A stretch of 64,000 nucleotides of DNA from Octopus bimaculoides (Eukaryota), in assembly GCF_001194135.2 (NCBI RefSeq), contig NC_068982.1:49271900-49335899 (forward strand). The letters run 5' to 3'. How positions within the stretch are numbered: position 1 is the first letter of the stretch; every line of letters starts with the position of its first letter. The notes below the pieces were generated by a model. It saw nothing but the letters and a program-made list of their open reading frames with translations, did not search any database and was not told where the DNA came from. Below, in pieces: positions 21,831-34,291 of the stretch. The position numbers and the translations under genes are program-made.

Positions 21831-24788
21831 ATTATTTCTACTGCCCTTCACTTTTCTGTCCTTGTGTCCAAATAAATTTCACTAAATTTAATTTCTTGCC
21901 TACAGGAGATTTCCTGTGTTTGAGTTATGGGAAAACCTTTACAAAATTAGCCAAGTTAACAAGGTTTATACAGGTATATACTTGATTAATTTAAATGATT
22001 GAGTTGTGTTGCTATGGAGCGTAATCATCATTCAGTGAGCTGTTGTGAGCTGTTGTAGACCTTAGACATTTTCCCAGTTTGGGATTTATAAACTGCAAAG
22101 CACTATCCTACAGCAGATACTTTCAAAGTAATTATTTCAATTTCTTCCGTCTTATTACTGGAGTAATAAGATGGAAGAAACTGCCATGCAATATGAAAGC
22201 TGCTTAATAACCACATACCATTTGTGTTTGACTAAACCTTCCCAAACCCTACACCATACAGTTGACCAGCTAAGAGCTGAACCTCTCAGATCCATGAAGA
22301 TATAGTTACAGCAAAAATAGTAGCAGAGAGTAAGACATCCAATTAAATGGGTGGCAATGGTCCAGCTGGCACAAAGGAATGAGTCACTCTTTAGCATATA
22401 CATTGGCAATGTCAGGCCCCAAAATTATACGTCTACAATGCCATTCTTAAAATATGTAATCACATCATTAAAATCCCAAAACTATGAGTTAATGCAGAAT
22501 TAATTTAAAACAATGTAAATAAATAAGTGTTACATTTGACAAAATAATATGAATGTTAAATGGTGAAGTGACTAAGATTAAAACTAAGAAAAAAAAAATT
22601 GTGATAAAAGCTAACTTTACTATTTACTTACTATGAAGTTGGTAGATATCCCTTGGTTACATCTCAGTGGATTTATGCTATGTTGTCATATCATTGTATG
22701 TACAACCATTTTCTGCAGATGCATATATTTCTTTCTCTCCAACAATCTGGCAAACACATAAATATCTATAGTTTGAAGAGGTGTTGTAAAACTAAACTAT
22801 GCCTCAAATTATCACTGTGTTTGCCAAAAGTCAAACAATTCTTCCTCCTTAATATCTTGTCTGTTTCTAATTTTAATTAAGTCACTCTTGCCTCTTAGTT
22901 TATTTAAACACTGTTTACAAATGTTTACTTCACATCAGTAGAGGTATAATCTTGATTAATTAAGATTATTATAAATCAGTAACCCAGAAAGGCTCTGGAA
23001 CCAAAGGTTCTGGAGAATCGAAGTTGTACCTGTATTTCAAAGGAGGAGGTGTGATTTTTAGTCAGCTGACAGTAAAAGTGATGCAATACTGGTAATAGAT
23101 TTACAGATTACTAATTCCTAATATCTTCATTTTTATGTATTTCTATTCAGGGATGTTCAGTCACTCTCTTTTTATTTGAGAAATGTGCATTTTTGTTGTG
23201 TTCTTAGAGTTGAGCTCAATTTAGAAACACTGTTTATCTTCCTATTATCAAGGCTGACTGGGTTTTTAGTTTAGTAACTGTTCTTCTGTAGACAGGTAAC
23301 CTTTTAAAAGTTATTCACACTCTCCATCATGACTCAAAACATTTTTTTGTCAAGTATGAATTAAATAAGTACTATATTGTTTACTAACATTTTGTTTTTA
23401 ACTGCTTATTCCCTTTCATTAGATTAACATTTAGAAGCTTCTATATAAAGTAATATATGACAGTTAACATATTTTGACATCAGAATTTTACTTGTGTAAG
23501 ACTGAAGTGGATTATCAGAACTACAATTTTTAAAGAACCTTCTCTTTTGTTGAATATAAAAATTATCAGAAAATATCTCTGAATATCTTGAAACATTTTG
23601 TAGTTGATAGAATTTTTAATCAAATTTTTGTTATGTTTATGCACACACATGCATACACATTTATGTGTAGATGGTTATTATTCAATATGTATGCATGCTT
23701 GAATGTACACACACACACAGATATATATACATGTGTTTAATTTTCTATCCAAACATGTGAAGTGTCATAATTTCTATCCTTTAGGGTTTCATTTTATCTT
23801 CTGAGAATAATTTCTGAAATATTCGTTCATGTTTTTTAGTCAGAGAAGTACTTGATAAAATATTTATCTTTCTACATATGTGTGTATATGTTTATGTGTC
23901 TTTATATGCTTATGTGTATGTGGCATATATATTCATGTTTACTTGTGTGCAAGCGCCTGCATTTTCATAACATGTAGGTTTGAATTCATTGTTGGGGTGG
24001 TGAGAGAGAAAAATTAAGATTTTATAATGTCAGTAAGAATTTAATTTTTCTATTTTTCAAAAAAAAAAAAAGACAGTTCATTTTATAAATCTATGAACGC
24101 AATATTTTTCTGAAATGCCATCAGCATTTTAAATTAGGGAAGAAACTGAAATATAAGAGTTGGAAGTAAAATAGGTATGTATTAAAAAAATTTTCAAGAA
24201 AGAAATATTAGTACAAGACATTTAGAATTTAGTCTATGAATTATTAGTGCTTAAGATTAAACAAATATTGTGAATGTTTCAGTTTCACAATAGAGAGAGA
24301 CTTTCTGTTTCATGATATAATTTCAAGATGGTGGATTGGCAGAAATATTAGAGTACAAAATGTTTGCAATGCTTGTTCTGTCTCTTTATGTCCTTGAGTC
24401 AAATCTTGCTGACAGCTGATGTCAACTCTTTTTTTAATTTTTCATCCCTACGGACTCATTGAGTTAAAGTAGCAGCCAGTTCAGGGCCTGGGATTGGTGG
24501 AAAATTGTGATTGTGATATTTTTTAAGTTCTGAAATTGCCTGTGACTAAACTTGTACCAAGTTGCATTGGCCTTTGTTGCCTTCTTGAACAGCCTGAATG
24601 ATGTTAGCTTGTTGCATGAGCAAATGAGCAATTGCAGGCCTTACGGGCACACACACACACATGCAAATTTGGCTTGGTCTACACCTTAGAGAAGAATTTT
24701 TTAGATGCAGTTACAGATCAACTCTGAGAGCAAGAACCTGAAATATGTAGTTTTAAGAATAGACAGCATGAGTATTGCTGTGAGTAGC

Positions 24789-24942
24789 ACAGACTGTAGG
24801 AGGCAAGGAGGTGGTTTGCCCTAGGATGACACCTTTATGGAGGGTGGCACTTTTGGGGTTTGCTATATACGTTTGGGATTGAAGGGTTGATGGCAAATTT
24901 AGGGTTTGCGCTGGTAGGCACACACTCTGCCTATGCCACTAG
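24789..24942. mobile_element. Degenerate MITE-like element related to 16204-16347
   Basis: 3' end CACACTCTGCCTATGCCACT; internal GGCACTTTTGGGGTTTGCTATATA. Confidence 0.4.
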
Positions 24943-25154
24943 TTGTTGTTGCTTGGTTCCAAGTTCAGACATGCACAGGTTTATCTTTTATTTCTGTTTC
25001 TTAAGCTTTAATCAGAGATATTTCAGAAATGACTATTCCATCTTTGATTCAGGCAAGGAGTATCTTACCTGTTGCTGTATGTTGTGGAGGTCATTTTGCC
25101 AATTAAAACATGACCTACTCAAGATGTAACAACATCTGTTTCAGCATGCAATTT

Positions 25155-25338
25155 CACTGTGGTAAGGAGCTTGTTCCCAACCACATGGTTCCAAGTTCAG
25201 TTTCACTGCGTGACAGCTTGAGCAAGTGTCTTCTACAATAACCTCAGGCTGACCAAAGCCTTGTGAGTGGATTTGGTAGATGGAAACTGAAAGAAGTCCA
25301 TTGTGCATGTGTGAGTATATATATATATATATATATAT
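25155..25338 (+). mobile_element. SINE family A head running into (TA)n and a gap
   Basis: GTGGTAAGGAGCTTGTTCCCAACCACATGGTTCC..GAGCAAGTGTCTTCTAC..GGAAACTGAAAGAAG. Confidence 0.85.
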
Positions 25339-25943
25339 NNNNNNNNNNNNNNNNNNNNNNNNNNNNNNNNNNNNNNNNNNNNNNNNNNNNNNNNNNNNNN
25401 NNNNNNNNNNNNNNNNNNNNNNNNNNNNNNNNNNNNNNNNNNNNNNNNNNNNNNNNNNNNNNNNNNNNNNNNNNNNNNNNNNNNNNNNNNNNNNNNNNNN
25501 NNNNNNNNNNNNNNNNNNNNNNNNNNNNNNNNNNNNNNNNNNNNNNNNNNNNNNNNNNNNNNNNNNNNNNNNNNNNNNNNNNNNNNNNNNNNNNNNNNNN
25601 NNNNNNNNNNNNNNNNNNNNNNNNNNNNNNNNNNNNNNNNNNNNNNNNNNNNNNNNNNNNNNNNNNNNNNNNNNNNNNNNNNNNNNNNNNNNNNNNNNNN
25701 NNNNNNNNNNNNNNNNNNNNNNNNNNNNNNNNNNNNNNNNNNNNNNNNNNNNNNNNNNNNNNNNNNNNNNNNNNNNNNNNNNNNNNNNNNNNNNNNNNNN
25801 NNNNNNNNNNNNNNNNNNNNNNNNNNNNNNNNNNNNNNNNNNNNNNNNNNNNNNNNNNNNNNNNNNNNNNNNNNNNNNNNNNNNNNNNNNNNNNNNNNNN
25901 NNNNNNNNNNNNNNNNNNNNNNNNNNNNNNNNNNNNNNNNNNN

Positions 25944-27345
25944 GTGTGATTTCCTAGCAGTGTGTGCGTGTGTGTATGTGTATATATATGTGTGTGTACG
26001 TGTGTGTGTGTGTGCATGTGCGTGTATATGCGTAGTATGTGTTCGTGTATGTGTTACTGTTTGTTGTGTGTGTATGTGAGTTATGTGTGGGATCATTTGC
26101 GTGTGTCCATGTATGTGCACCTGGGTGTGTGTGTGTGTAGGAGTTATGTGTAGGTTCATTTGCATGTGTGTGTAAGTGAGTTCGTTTCTACATGTGTGTG
26201 TATGTGTCTTGTGTGTGTGCATGTGTATGTGTGTGTGCGTGTGTGTATGCATGTATACTTAGGTGTGTGAGTGCGTGTTGTTTATGTGTAGGAGTTATGT
26301 GTGCGTTCATTTGCATGTGTGTGTATGTGGGTTCGTTTGTGCCGGTGTGTGTATATGTCTTTTGTGTGTGTGCGTGTGTGGAGGGGGGTGCGTGTGTGTG
26401 GGTGTATGTGGATGTGCGTGCGTGTGTCTGTGTGTGGTTGTAGGTGTTGGGTACGTGTTCGTGTGTGTGTGTGTCTGTATATATGTGTGTGTGTATTTTG
26501 TGCGTGCGCGTGTGTGTATGTGCATGCTTTTGTGCGTGCGTGTGTGTTTGTATGTTGTGTATATGTGCGTTACTGTGTACGTGTGTGTGTGCGTGCGTTT
26601 GCTTCTGTACGTGCGTGCATGTGTTGTTTATACCCATGTGTGTGTGATTGTATGCGTGTCTGTGTGAGTGTGTTGTGTTTGTGAGAGGCGTGTGTGCGTG
26701 TGTGTGCGAGTATGTGTGCGTGTGCGTGTGTATGTGCGTGTGTGTGTGTATGGATGTGCGTACGCGTGTGTGTGTGGGATTGACATGTGTGTGGGATTGT
26801 GAGTGTTAGGTACGTGTGCGTGTGTGTGTGTGTGCGCGTGTGTGTCTGTATGTGTGTGTCTGTATGCGTGTGTGTGTATATTGTGTATGTTTTCGTGCGT
26901 GCGTGTTTCATTTATGCCCCTTGTGTGTGTAGTTGTATGCGTATTTGTGTGAGTGTGTGTTGTGTATGTGAGAGGTGTGTGTGCGTGCGCGTGCGTGTGT
27001 GCATGTGTGTATGTGTGTACGTGTGTGTATGTATATGTGTGTGTGCGTGCGTATGTGTGTGAGCGTAAAGATGTGTGGCAAGTATGTGTGTGTGCACTCC
27101 TCTGTGTGTGTGTGTGTGTGTGTGTGTGCACTCCTATGTGTGTGTGTGTGTATATGTATGTGGCTGTGTATGTATGTATATGCAGGTATGCGCGTATATA
27201 TGGGTGTGTGTGTGTGTGGTGTGTGTNNNNNNNNNNNNNNNNNNNNNNNNNNNNNNNNNNNNNNNNGGGGGGGGGGTAGGTGTGCATACATGTGTGTGTA
27301 TGGGTGTGTGTATTTTTGTGTGTCGGTATGTGTGGGTGTAGGAAG
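25944..27345. repeat. ~1.4-kb imperfect (TG/CG/TA) alternating purine-pyrimidine tract with internal higher-order duplications
   Basis: Direct read. It produces all the HT/CV-rich pseudo-ORFs in the track. Confidence 0.92.
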
Positions 27346-27389
27346 AGATGAAATAAATTATGAAAAATTGTAATAATTGTAATAAAATA

Positions 27390-27766
27390 GTGAATAATGG
27401 AAATAAGGTGAAGTGGGTAAGCGGGGAGGGGTTAATATTAAAAAACAAGTGGAGAAAACAAAGAAAAAATAAAGAAAAGTGTTGCATTGTCATAAAGGAG
27501 ACAGTCATAAGGAGGAGGGGGCTGTGTTGATTCCGAAGGGGAAAGTTGTTCTTAGGTTAAAAATATAGTGCTGTTCCAAGTGGAGTCGTGAGGGAGTGGA
27601 TCCATGGTGCAGAGCGAGGCCAAAAACGGAGATGTTAGAGGGGGAGTGGTTGGTCAAGTGGAAGTGACGGGCGACGGGGGAGTCCGAACCTAACCAAATG
27701 TCTCTTAGGTGTTCGGTGAAACGGTCAGCCAGCCGGCGGCCCGTCTGACCCACGTATATTTTGTCA
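27390..27766 (-). mobile_element. Penelope-like element, GIY-YIG endonuclease C-terminus and 3' region
   Basis: Part of ORF 27505-27810: KIYVGQTGRRLADRFTEHLRDI..SPVARHFHLTNHS..RLHLEQHYIFNLRTTFPFGIN. The first ~14 codons of that ORF come from the adjacent SINE. Confidence 0.9.
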
Positions 27767-27770
27767 AGCG

Positions 27771-28180
27771 TAGGAGTAGCTGTGTGGTAAGTAGCTTGCT
27801 TACGAACCACATGGTTCCGGGTTCAGTGCCACTGTGTGGCACCTTGGGCAAGTGTCTTCTACTATAGCCTCGGGCCAACCAAAGCCTTGTGAGTGGATTT
27901 GGCAGACGGAAACTGAAAGAAGCCCGTCGTATATATTTATATATATATATATATGCATTTATGTATGTATATATCTATGTGTGCGTGTCTGTGTTTCGCT
28001 GCCCCCGTCACTGCTTGACATCCAGTGTTGCTGTGTTTACTTAACAGTTCAGCAAACTAGATCCGATAAAATAAGTGATAAGCTTAGAAAAATAAGTCCC
28101 TGGGTTGATTTGTTTGACTAAAACCCTTTGAGGCAGTACTCCAGCATGGCTGCAGTCAAATGGTTGAAACAAATAAGAGT
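27771..28180 (+). mobile_element. SINE family A, near full length
   Basis: GGAGTAGCTGTGTGGTAAGTAGCTTGCTTACGAACCACATGGTTCCGGGTTCAG..ACCTTGGGCAAGTGTC..CCAGCATGGCTGCAGTCAAATGG. Confidence 0.92.
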
Positions 28181-29354
28181 CAAACAAAGTATCCTTAACC
28201 CTCACCAAGGTAGCAAAACACCGTAAAACAGTGTATTCTCTTGTCTCAAGATGAGGAAACTGCTCAATAGCTTTACTTTATAAAAGAATACATTATTCAA
28301 TGTGTTCTTGTCTTTACTTTTAATATGGTAGAGTTAGGTTTGAAGGAGATTTGGATGCTATTTCTTGCAATTTGCATAACCATTCAAAGGCTCTTTTGTT
28401 GGTAACTTGTTTTCCCCCAATTCAATCTTGATTGAGCAAATCTATGTATGAAAATTCCATTCATGGCCATCCCATTTTGCTTTCAAGCTGTGTACTGGGA
28501 CTAGTATCAAAATGACATCCATCCTTTTTTTTTTTTTTGAGATAATATGGTATTTGTGGGTTATTGGTAGTTTTTTGGGTTTTTTTATTAACAGCAAGAG
28601 CAACCTCAACAGAAGCTCCCATTTTGGTTTTAGGTTGCCTGATTGAGAATATAAAATAGTTGAGATGACATCAGACACTAGCTCAGAGGTCAGCTGTTCA
28701 TATCCAATCCTTGGCACAACATTGTGTCCACAGCCAATGCGTTTAAGAGGTATTACCGCTCTCCTGAGGTGCCATGCAGAGAGACTGAATCAAGACCCAT
28801 GCAGCCTGGAAGCAAACTTCTTACCACACACACACCTATATGTTTTATTTATTTCAAGGAGCCTCACAAGCCATTGAGCAGAAGAGATGCTACTGATTAT
28901 CTCACTGATATTTACTGCATCTAGAGCAAATCAACTTTTAGGAGGCCATCTCTTTCTAAGCTATTTATCCATAAAAGCTGTTAAAATCAACATGGCAAGC
29001 TATCAAAACATTTGTCAATTTTACTGGATTGCTTGCTTCAGCTTACAGCTGTGAACTGCATGTGCATTACCATATACATTTACAGAAAGGTGGATTGGGT
29101 CATTTTAGCGTTGAATATACGAATCAGTAATTCTTTAGCTGTTAGTCCAACACCTAATAATTTGACCATCTGTGGCTTGAGGCTTTCTTATCTTTGTGAT
29201 AATTTGTTTGCAAGTTTCAAATATACATGAACCACCAAACCATAACTATGTCTTTAAGGATAACATTAAATCTATATCTGCTTTATTTACCGTTAGCAAC
29301 TGGGTTTTATTTGATAAATGAACGCTTATTTCTTACTAACATATGAAGCTTTGA

Positions 29355-29412
29355 TATATGTATATGTATGTTTATATATGTGTGCGTGTGTGCAGGTGTT
29401 TGCATGTGTGCA

Positions 29413-29448
<36 letters not shown>

Positions 29449-29625
29449 CATGTATGTATATATATGTGTGTGTATGTATGTTTATAAATATATATGTGTG
29501 TGTATGTATGTTTATAGATATATGGGTCTGTGTATATATGTATAAATGTGTATGTTTATGTATGTTATACACACACACACAAATGATATACACACGCATA
29601 CATGCATGTGTGCATGAGTGTGTGC
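29355..29625. repeat. Compound (TG)/(TATG)/(CA) microsatellite
   Basis: Direct read. Confidence 0.85.
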
Positions 29626-30700
29626 GTTTTGAAAGTAGGGAAATTAGAAGCTGTAGAACTCATAGCCAGAAGATAAGACTAAAGTAATTTTGAATATAAA
29701 AACATTGATTATGGAAAATAAAAGACTACAATAGCTGACATGCGATGTTAAACTTGTATAACATCCTTGGGGACATTTTGTCTTCAAACCAAAACAATTA
29801 TGAAAGTGTGAAAGTAATTCACACCTTCACCTTCCAAAGATTGTATTAGCGTTCTTAACTCATGTCTACATTCAGATTCAAAGAAAATTATACAAACTCA
29901 TACACTTTGCCATATATAATTATTGAAAATGTATGTTAATATAAATGTCTATGTATGGGCAAATTTATGTTGATAGACACATATATACTCATATATACAT
30001 CAGCACAATATGTTAATCTAAAATCGCACACTCGTGTATCTATAAACCAAGAACACATATATATGTAACGAAGATGGAGTAATGATAAAGACAGAAACCT
30101 GGTTGAGAGATTTTCAATTAAGGAGGTATTTATCTTCTTCATTTACAAGGAAAGATATTGTTATGACAAGTGGCCAAATTGTGGAGAGTTGAGATGTTGT
30201 TTTTCTTTGTGTGACTGTGGAGACAGACAAGAAAATTCAGTAGTTGATCAGCAGTCAAGTCAACAGATCATCTCTTCAGCTAGGCCATTCTTTCAGCGTT
30301 CTTTGTGTGTGTCTCCCAATACTCTGCATGACACATTTTAGCTTTAGTGTGCTCTGGCACTTTGCATCAGGTGCCTGAGATGTGGCATTTTTATAGCAAA
30401 AAAATCAACTCAGAGAGACAGCTTCAAAAGCTTGAATCTCTGCAGGAGATCAGCTCTAAGCAGTGTCCTGATTGGTCAGAATTTCCTTATTCTAGCCAAT
30501 CAGAACATTTGATGTAGTGACTAAATATTCCTGCTACATTACACATTAATGACCTGTAGGGACACCATATTTCGTTATGCAACCATAGCATACTACAAAG
30601 CATATTAAACATTTTTATAAATCAATTTTGTGTTCTACTGTGTTAGTAGTACTATTGCAGTATTTGGTAAGGTTATCTCTACTGATTTTTTTTAGAAATT

Positions 30701-30749
30701 ATAGCCAGCACTGATTTTGTTATGACATTCCAAAATCAGTGCTGGCTAT
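30701..30749. repeat. Perfect 19-bp inverted repeat with 11-nt loop
   Basis: ATAGCCAGCACTGATTTTG / CAAAATCAGTGCTGGCTAT. Confidence 0.95.
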
Positions 30750-31559
30750 GATATCTATTGAAAATCTGTAGGGATAACCTTAACAAGATATATATATACA
30801 TATTTTCTTTCTCTTCTTTCGTTTTTCATTTTTTTTTTTCCTGTTTACAAATGTCCTTCTCATCTTCAACCCTCCAACCTTTGTCACATCGACATGATAT
30901 CGCCAGTGTTAGTCTTATGCCATTATTGTCACAGGAAGTGCTCTGATGAAATTTCTCTCTTAGCTCCAGATCATTTTGTGTCATCTCACCTGACTCAAAA
31001 CTCGCAGTGTCTTCAAATACTGTTGTGTTTCCATGAATAAGGAAGTCTTTTTTATGGTCGTAGCTTTTTTCCTTGAACTGCCAGATTTTGGAACTCTCTT
31101 CCATCTCATTGTTTTCCCTCTTCCTATGACTTGAACTCTTTCAAGTCAAAGATAAATACCTTGCTTTTGTCTTATTTCTCCTTCTTCATAGTCCCTTACA
31201 CTAAGTGGCTTTTCCCCTTGTTTGGGACTTCCTTATAAAAAACAACAAAAATTACAATTAACTTCTGAGAGTCTGGCATCATTTTACAACGTTGGTTCTG
31301 ATGGAATGAGTTGTGTCGTTACAATATTTTTTTTTCTTTTATAACTTCCAAGTTCTGCCCGTCTTCTTTCTCTTCCTTCTTTTTATTTTTTTCTTTCCAT
31401 GCTACTTCCTTCCTTTCTGTCTTCTTTTCTCTCTTTCCATCTCTCTATTCTTTCTTTCCATCATTCTTTCTTTGGTAAAAATAATTCAGTTACAGGAAAT
31501 AGGTGACCAACCACTGAAACTAAAGGCTTGTTTAATATATGTTGGGTCTATCAGCTTGC

Positions 31560-31905
31560 AATGAAGGTGCATGACTCAGTGGTTACAGTGTCTGGCTCGC
31601 AATCATAAGGTACTGAGTTCAATTCTCAGACTAGGCTGTGTGATGTGCTCTTGAGCAAAACACTTTATTTCATGTTGCTCCAATTCACTCATCTATAGAA
31701 ATAAATTATGACATCACTGGTGCTAAACTATATTGGCCTTTGCCTTTCCTTTTGATAACACTAGTGGTGTGGAGAGGGAAGATTAGTATGCATGAGCAAC
31801 TGTTGGTCTTCCATAAACAACTTTGCTCAGACTTGTGCCTCAGAGGTTAACTTTTTAGGTGCAATACCATGGTCATTCATGACCAAAGGGGATTTTAACC
31901 CTTTT
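31560..31905 (+). mobile_element. tRNA-derived SINE family C
   Basis: GAAGGTGCATGACTCAGTGGTTAC..GAGTTCAATTCTC..CTTGAGCAAAACACTTTATTTCA..GGTCATTCATGACCAAAGGGG. Confidence 0.85.
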
Positions 31906-32064
31906 ACCAACTTGCATCATGTTATGCTATGCATTGTATACTTCCATTTATCTGGGATTATTTATCTCATTTCAGTGAGGATACTAAGCCATTGTATTGA
32001 CAAACTGAGGGTAAGTCAGTTATGTCACTTTAGTCTGCAAATGTTTGTTCCCCATGTCATCTTT

Positions 32065-32506
32065 GAACAAGTGGTAGGTGTAAGTGTGGATGTGCAAGTC
32101 GAGAAGTTTGATCCTCAGCTACATAGATCCAGGTTCAGTCCCACTATATGGCACCTTGGGCAAGTGTCTTCTATTATAGCCTCAGGTCAACCGAAGCCAT
32201 GTGAGTGGATTTGGTAGACAGAAACTGAAAGCTCACCGAATCATCATCATCATCATCATCGTTTAACGTCCGCTTTCCATGCTAGCATGGGTTGGACGAT
32301 TTGACTGAGGACTGGTGAAACCGGATGGCAACACCAGGGTCCAATCTAATTTGGCAGAGTTTCTACAGCTGGATGCCCTTCCTAACGCCAACCACTCAGA
32401 GAGTGTAGTGGGTGCTTTTACGTGTCACCCACACGAAAACGGCCACACTCGAAATGGTGTCTTTTATGTGCCACCCGCACAAGCCAGTCCAGGGGCACTG
32501 GCACTC

Positions 32507-32537
<31 letters not shown>

Positions 32538-32940
32538 NNNNNNNNNNNNNNNNNNNNNNNNNNNNNNNNNNNNNNNNNNNNNNNNNNNNNNNNNNNNNNN
32601 NNNNNNNNNNNNNNNNNNNNNNNNNNNNNNNNNNNNNNNNNNNNNNNNNNNNNNNNNNNNNNNNNNNNNNNNNNNNNNNNNNNGTGTGTGTGTGTGTATG
32701 TATGTATGTATGTATGTTTTTGTTATTTTTGTCTGTGCTTTTCCCTCCACCATCGCTTAACAACCAATGTTGGTGTGTCTACATCCCCATCGCATGGTGG
32801 TTCAGCAAAAAGAGACCGGTAGTATAAGTACTGGGCTTACAAAGAATAAGTCCTGGGGTTGATTTGTTCAACTAAAGTCAGTGCTACAGCATGGCCACAG
32901 TCAAATGACTGAAACAAGTAAAATAATAAAAGAAATAAAA
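32065..32940 (+). mobile_element. SINE family A interrupted by an RTE-tail element and a gap
   Basis: Head to GAAACTGAAAG at ~32230; tail resumes after 32684 with CCATCGCTTAACAACC..CAAATGACTGAAACAAG. Confidence 0.8.
32240..32510 (-). mobile_element. Non-autonomous element with an RTE-like (GAT)n 3' tail
   Basis: (ATC)n then GTTTAACGTCCGCTTTCCATGCTAGCATGGGTTGG..CTACAGCTGGATGCCCTTCCTAACGCC. The same family occurs at 43782-44330 and 48165-48330. Confidence 0.65.
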
Positions 32941-32942
32941 GA

Positions 32943-33385
32943 ATACAGTGTGAGATGGGTAAACTATGGTCATTTTACATTTTGAATTTCATCTCATGCC
33001 CATTGTTTGTTTTTGATTTTGTTGACTACACAGTATAGTAGGGTCAGTTGAGCACTCTGTAAGAAAAACAGCACCATGATGCAATTCACTCAGCCAGAAA
33101 TTTGGAAATGACATGCTGTACTATTTGGCATTTGCATTGGAAGTTGCAATACGAACATTTCAGAGTGTTTGGTTGTCAATCTGAGGACAGTGCAATCTAA
33201 GGATATGCACTAAGAGGGATAAAAATCAAACATCCAGTCAACATCATGGTGTTTGGAGTGATGGCAATGTTATGCCTCCATTCATCTGCCCATATGACCT
33301 CAGACTCAACATGGAGGCCTACATCAAGTGCCTGGAGGAGATAGTGTTGCCCTGGGTCAAGAGCATGGCTGCTGGAAGACTCTGT
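32943..33385 (+). mobile_element. Tc1-like (IS630-Tc1-mariner) transposon fragment, 5' end plus part of the DDE domain
   Basis: Starts TACAGTGTG..; translates to IKHPVNIMVFGV..DGNVMPPFICPYDLRLNMEAYIKCLEEIVLPWVKSMAAGR; cut at (TA)n. Confidence 0.8.
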
Positions 33386-33414
33386 GTATATATATATATA
33401 TATATATGGGAGAA

Positions 33415-33714
33415 TGTATGAAAAAAACAACAACGGACGAGGACAGGTGGTGTAAACAACAAAAGGATGTATTAGTATGACGCTCGGGAATACGGAAAGT
33501 CTTTTACGTTTCGAGCTACGCTCTTCAACAGAAAGAATATGGAGACAAGGAGAAAGACACGGAGAAAAAAAATTGAATAGAGTCCAGTCAGCGGTCAATC
33601 ATAGTAATGGCTGACCGGAAGTTAGAGATTTTTTTCACAGAAGAGCTAAGAAAAGGGGGAGAAAGAACGGTGATTGAAGAACGAGGGGCTGTGTGTGTGG
33701 GAGATAGAATGCTG
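33415..33714 (-). mobile_element. Penelope-type terminal repeat containing a hammerhead-like motif
   Basis: Reverse complement reads ..TTCTTTCTGTTGAAGAGCGTAGCTCGAAACGTAAAAGACTTTCC..ACTAATACATCC..GTTGTTTACA..CCTGTC.TCGTC; homologous to 47240-47400. Confidence 0.65.
33500..33536 (-). ncRNA. Minimal type I hammerhead-ribozyme-like motif (non-canonical core CUGUUGA)
   Basis: Parses as UCUUU-CUGUUGA-A-GAG(CGUAG)CUC-GAA-ACGU-A-AAAGA. Activity untested. Confidence 0.45.
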
Positions 33715-34291
33715 NNNNNNNNNNNNNNNNNNNNNNNNNNNNNNNNNNNNNNNNNNNNNNNNNNNNNNNNNNNNNNNNNNNNNNNNNNNNNNNNNNNNNN
33801 NNNNNNNNNNNNNNNNNNNNNNNNNNNNNNNNNNNNNNNNNNNNNNNNNNNNNNNNNNNNNNNNNNNNNNNNNNNNNNNNNNNNNNNNNNNNNNNNNNNN
33901 NNNNNNNNNNNNNNNNNNNNNNNNNNNNNNNNNNNNNNNNNNNNNNNNNNNNNNNNNNNNNNNNNNNNNNNNNNNNNNNNNNNNNNNNNNNNNNNNNNNN
34001 NNNNNNNNNNNNNNNNNNNNNNNNNNNNNNNNNNNNNNNNNNNNNNNNNNNNNNNNNNNNNNNNNNNNNNNNNNNNNNNNNNNNNNNNNNNNNNNNNNNN
34101 NNNNNNNNNNNNNNNNNNNNNNNNNNNNNNNNNNNNNNNNNNNNNNNNNNNNNNNNNNNNNNNNNNNNNNNNNNNNNNNNNNNNNNNNNNNNNNNNNNNN
34201 NNNNNNNNNNNNNNNNNNNNNNNNNNNNNNNNNNNNNNNNNNNNNNNNNNNNNNNNNNNNNNNNNNNNNNNNNNNNNNNNNNNNNNNNNNN

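Noticed and set aside
22155-22409. 84-aa minus-strand ORF with a possible GTATGT donor
   Set aside because: No recognisable motif, no good acceptor, and a length compatible with chance.
25233-27508. Many long ORFs encoding HT/CV-rich peptides
   Set aside because: These are translations of (CA)/(TG) repeats and N-gaps; there are no stops simply because of composition.
30826-31104. 92-aa minus-strand ORF as LINE endonuclease or Gypsy fragment
   Set aside because: Only a 4-5 residue resemblance (YHVDV); unsupported.
31560-31630. tRNA-like A/B boxes here and at other SINE heads as tRNA genes
   Set aside because: They continue into SINE bodies and lack a full cloverleaf.
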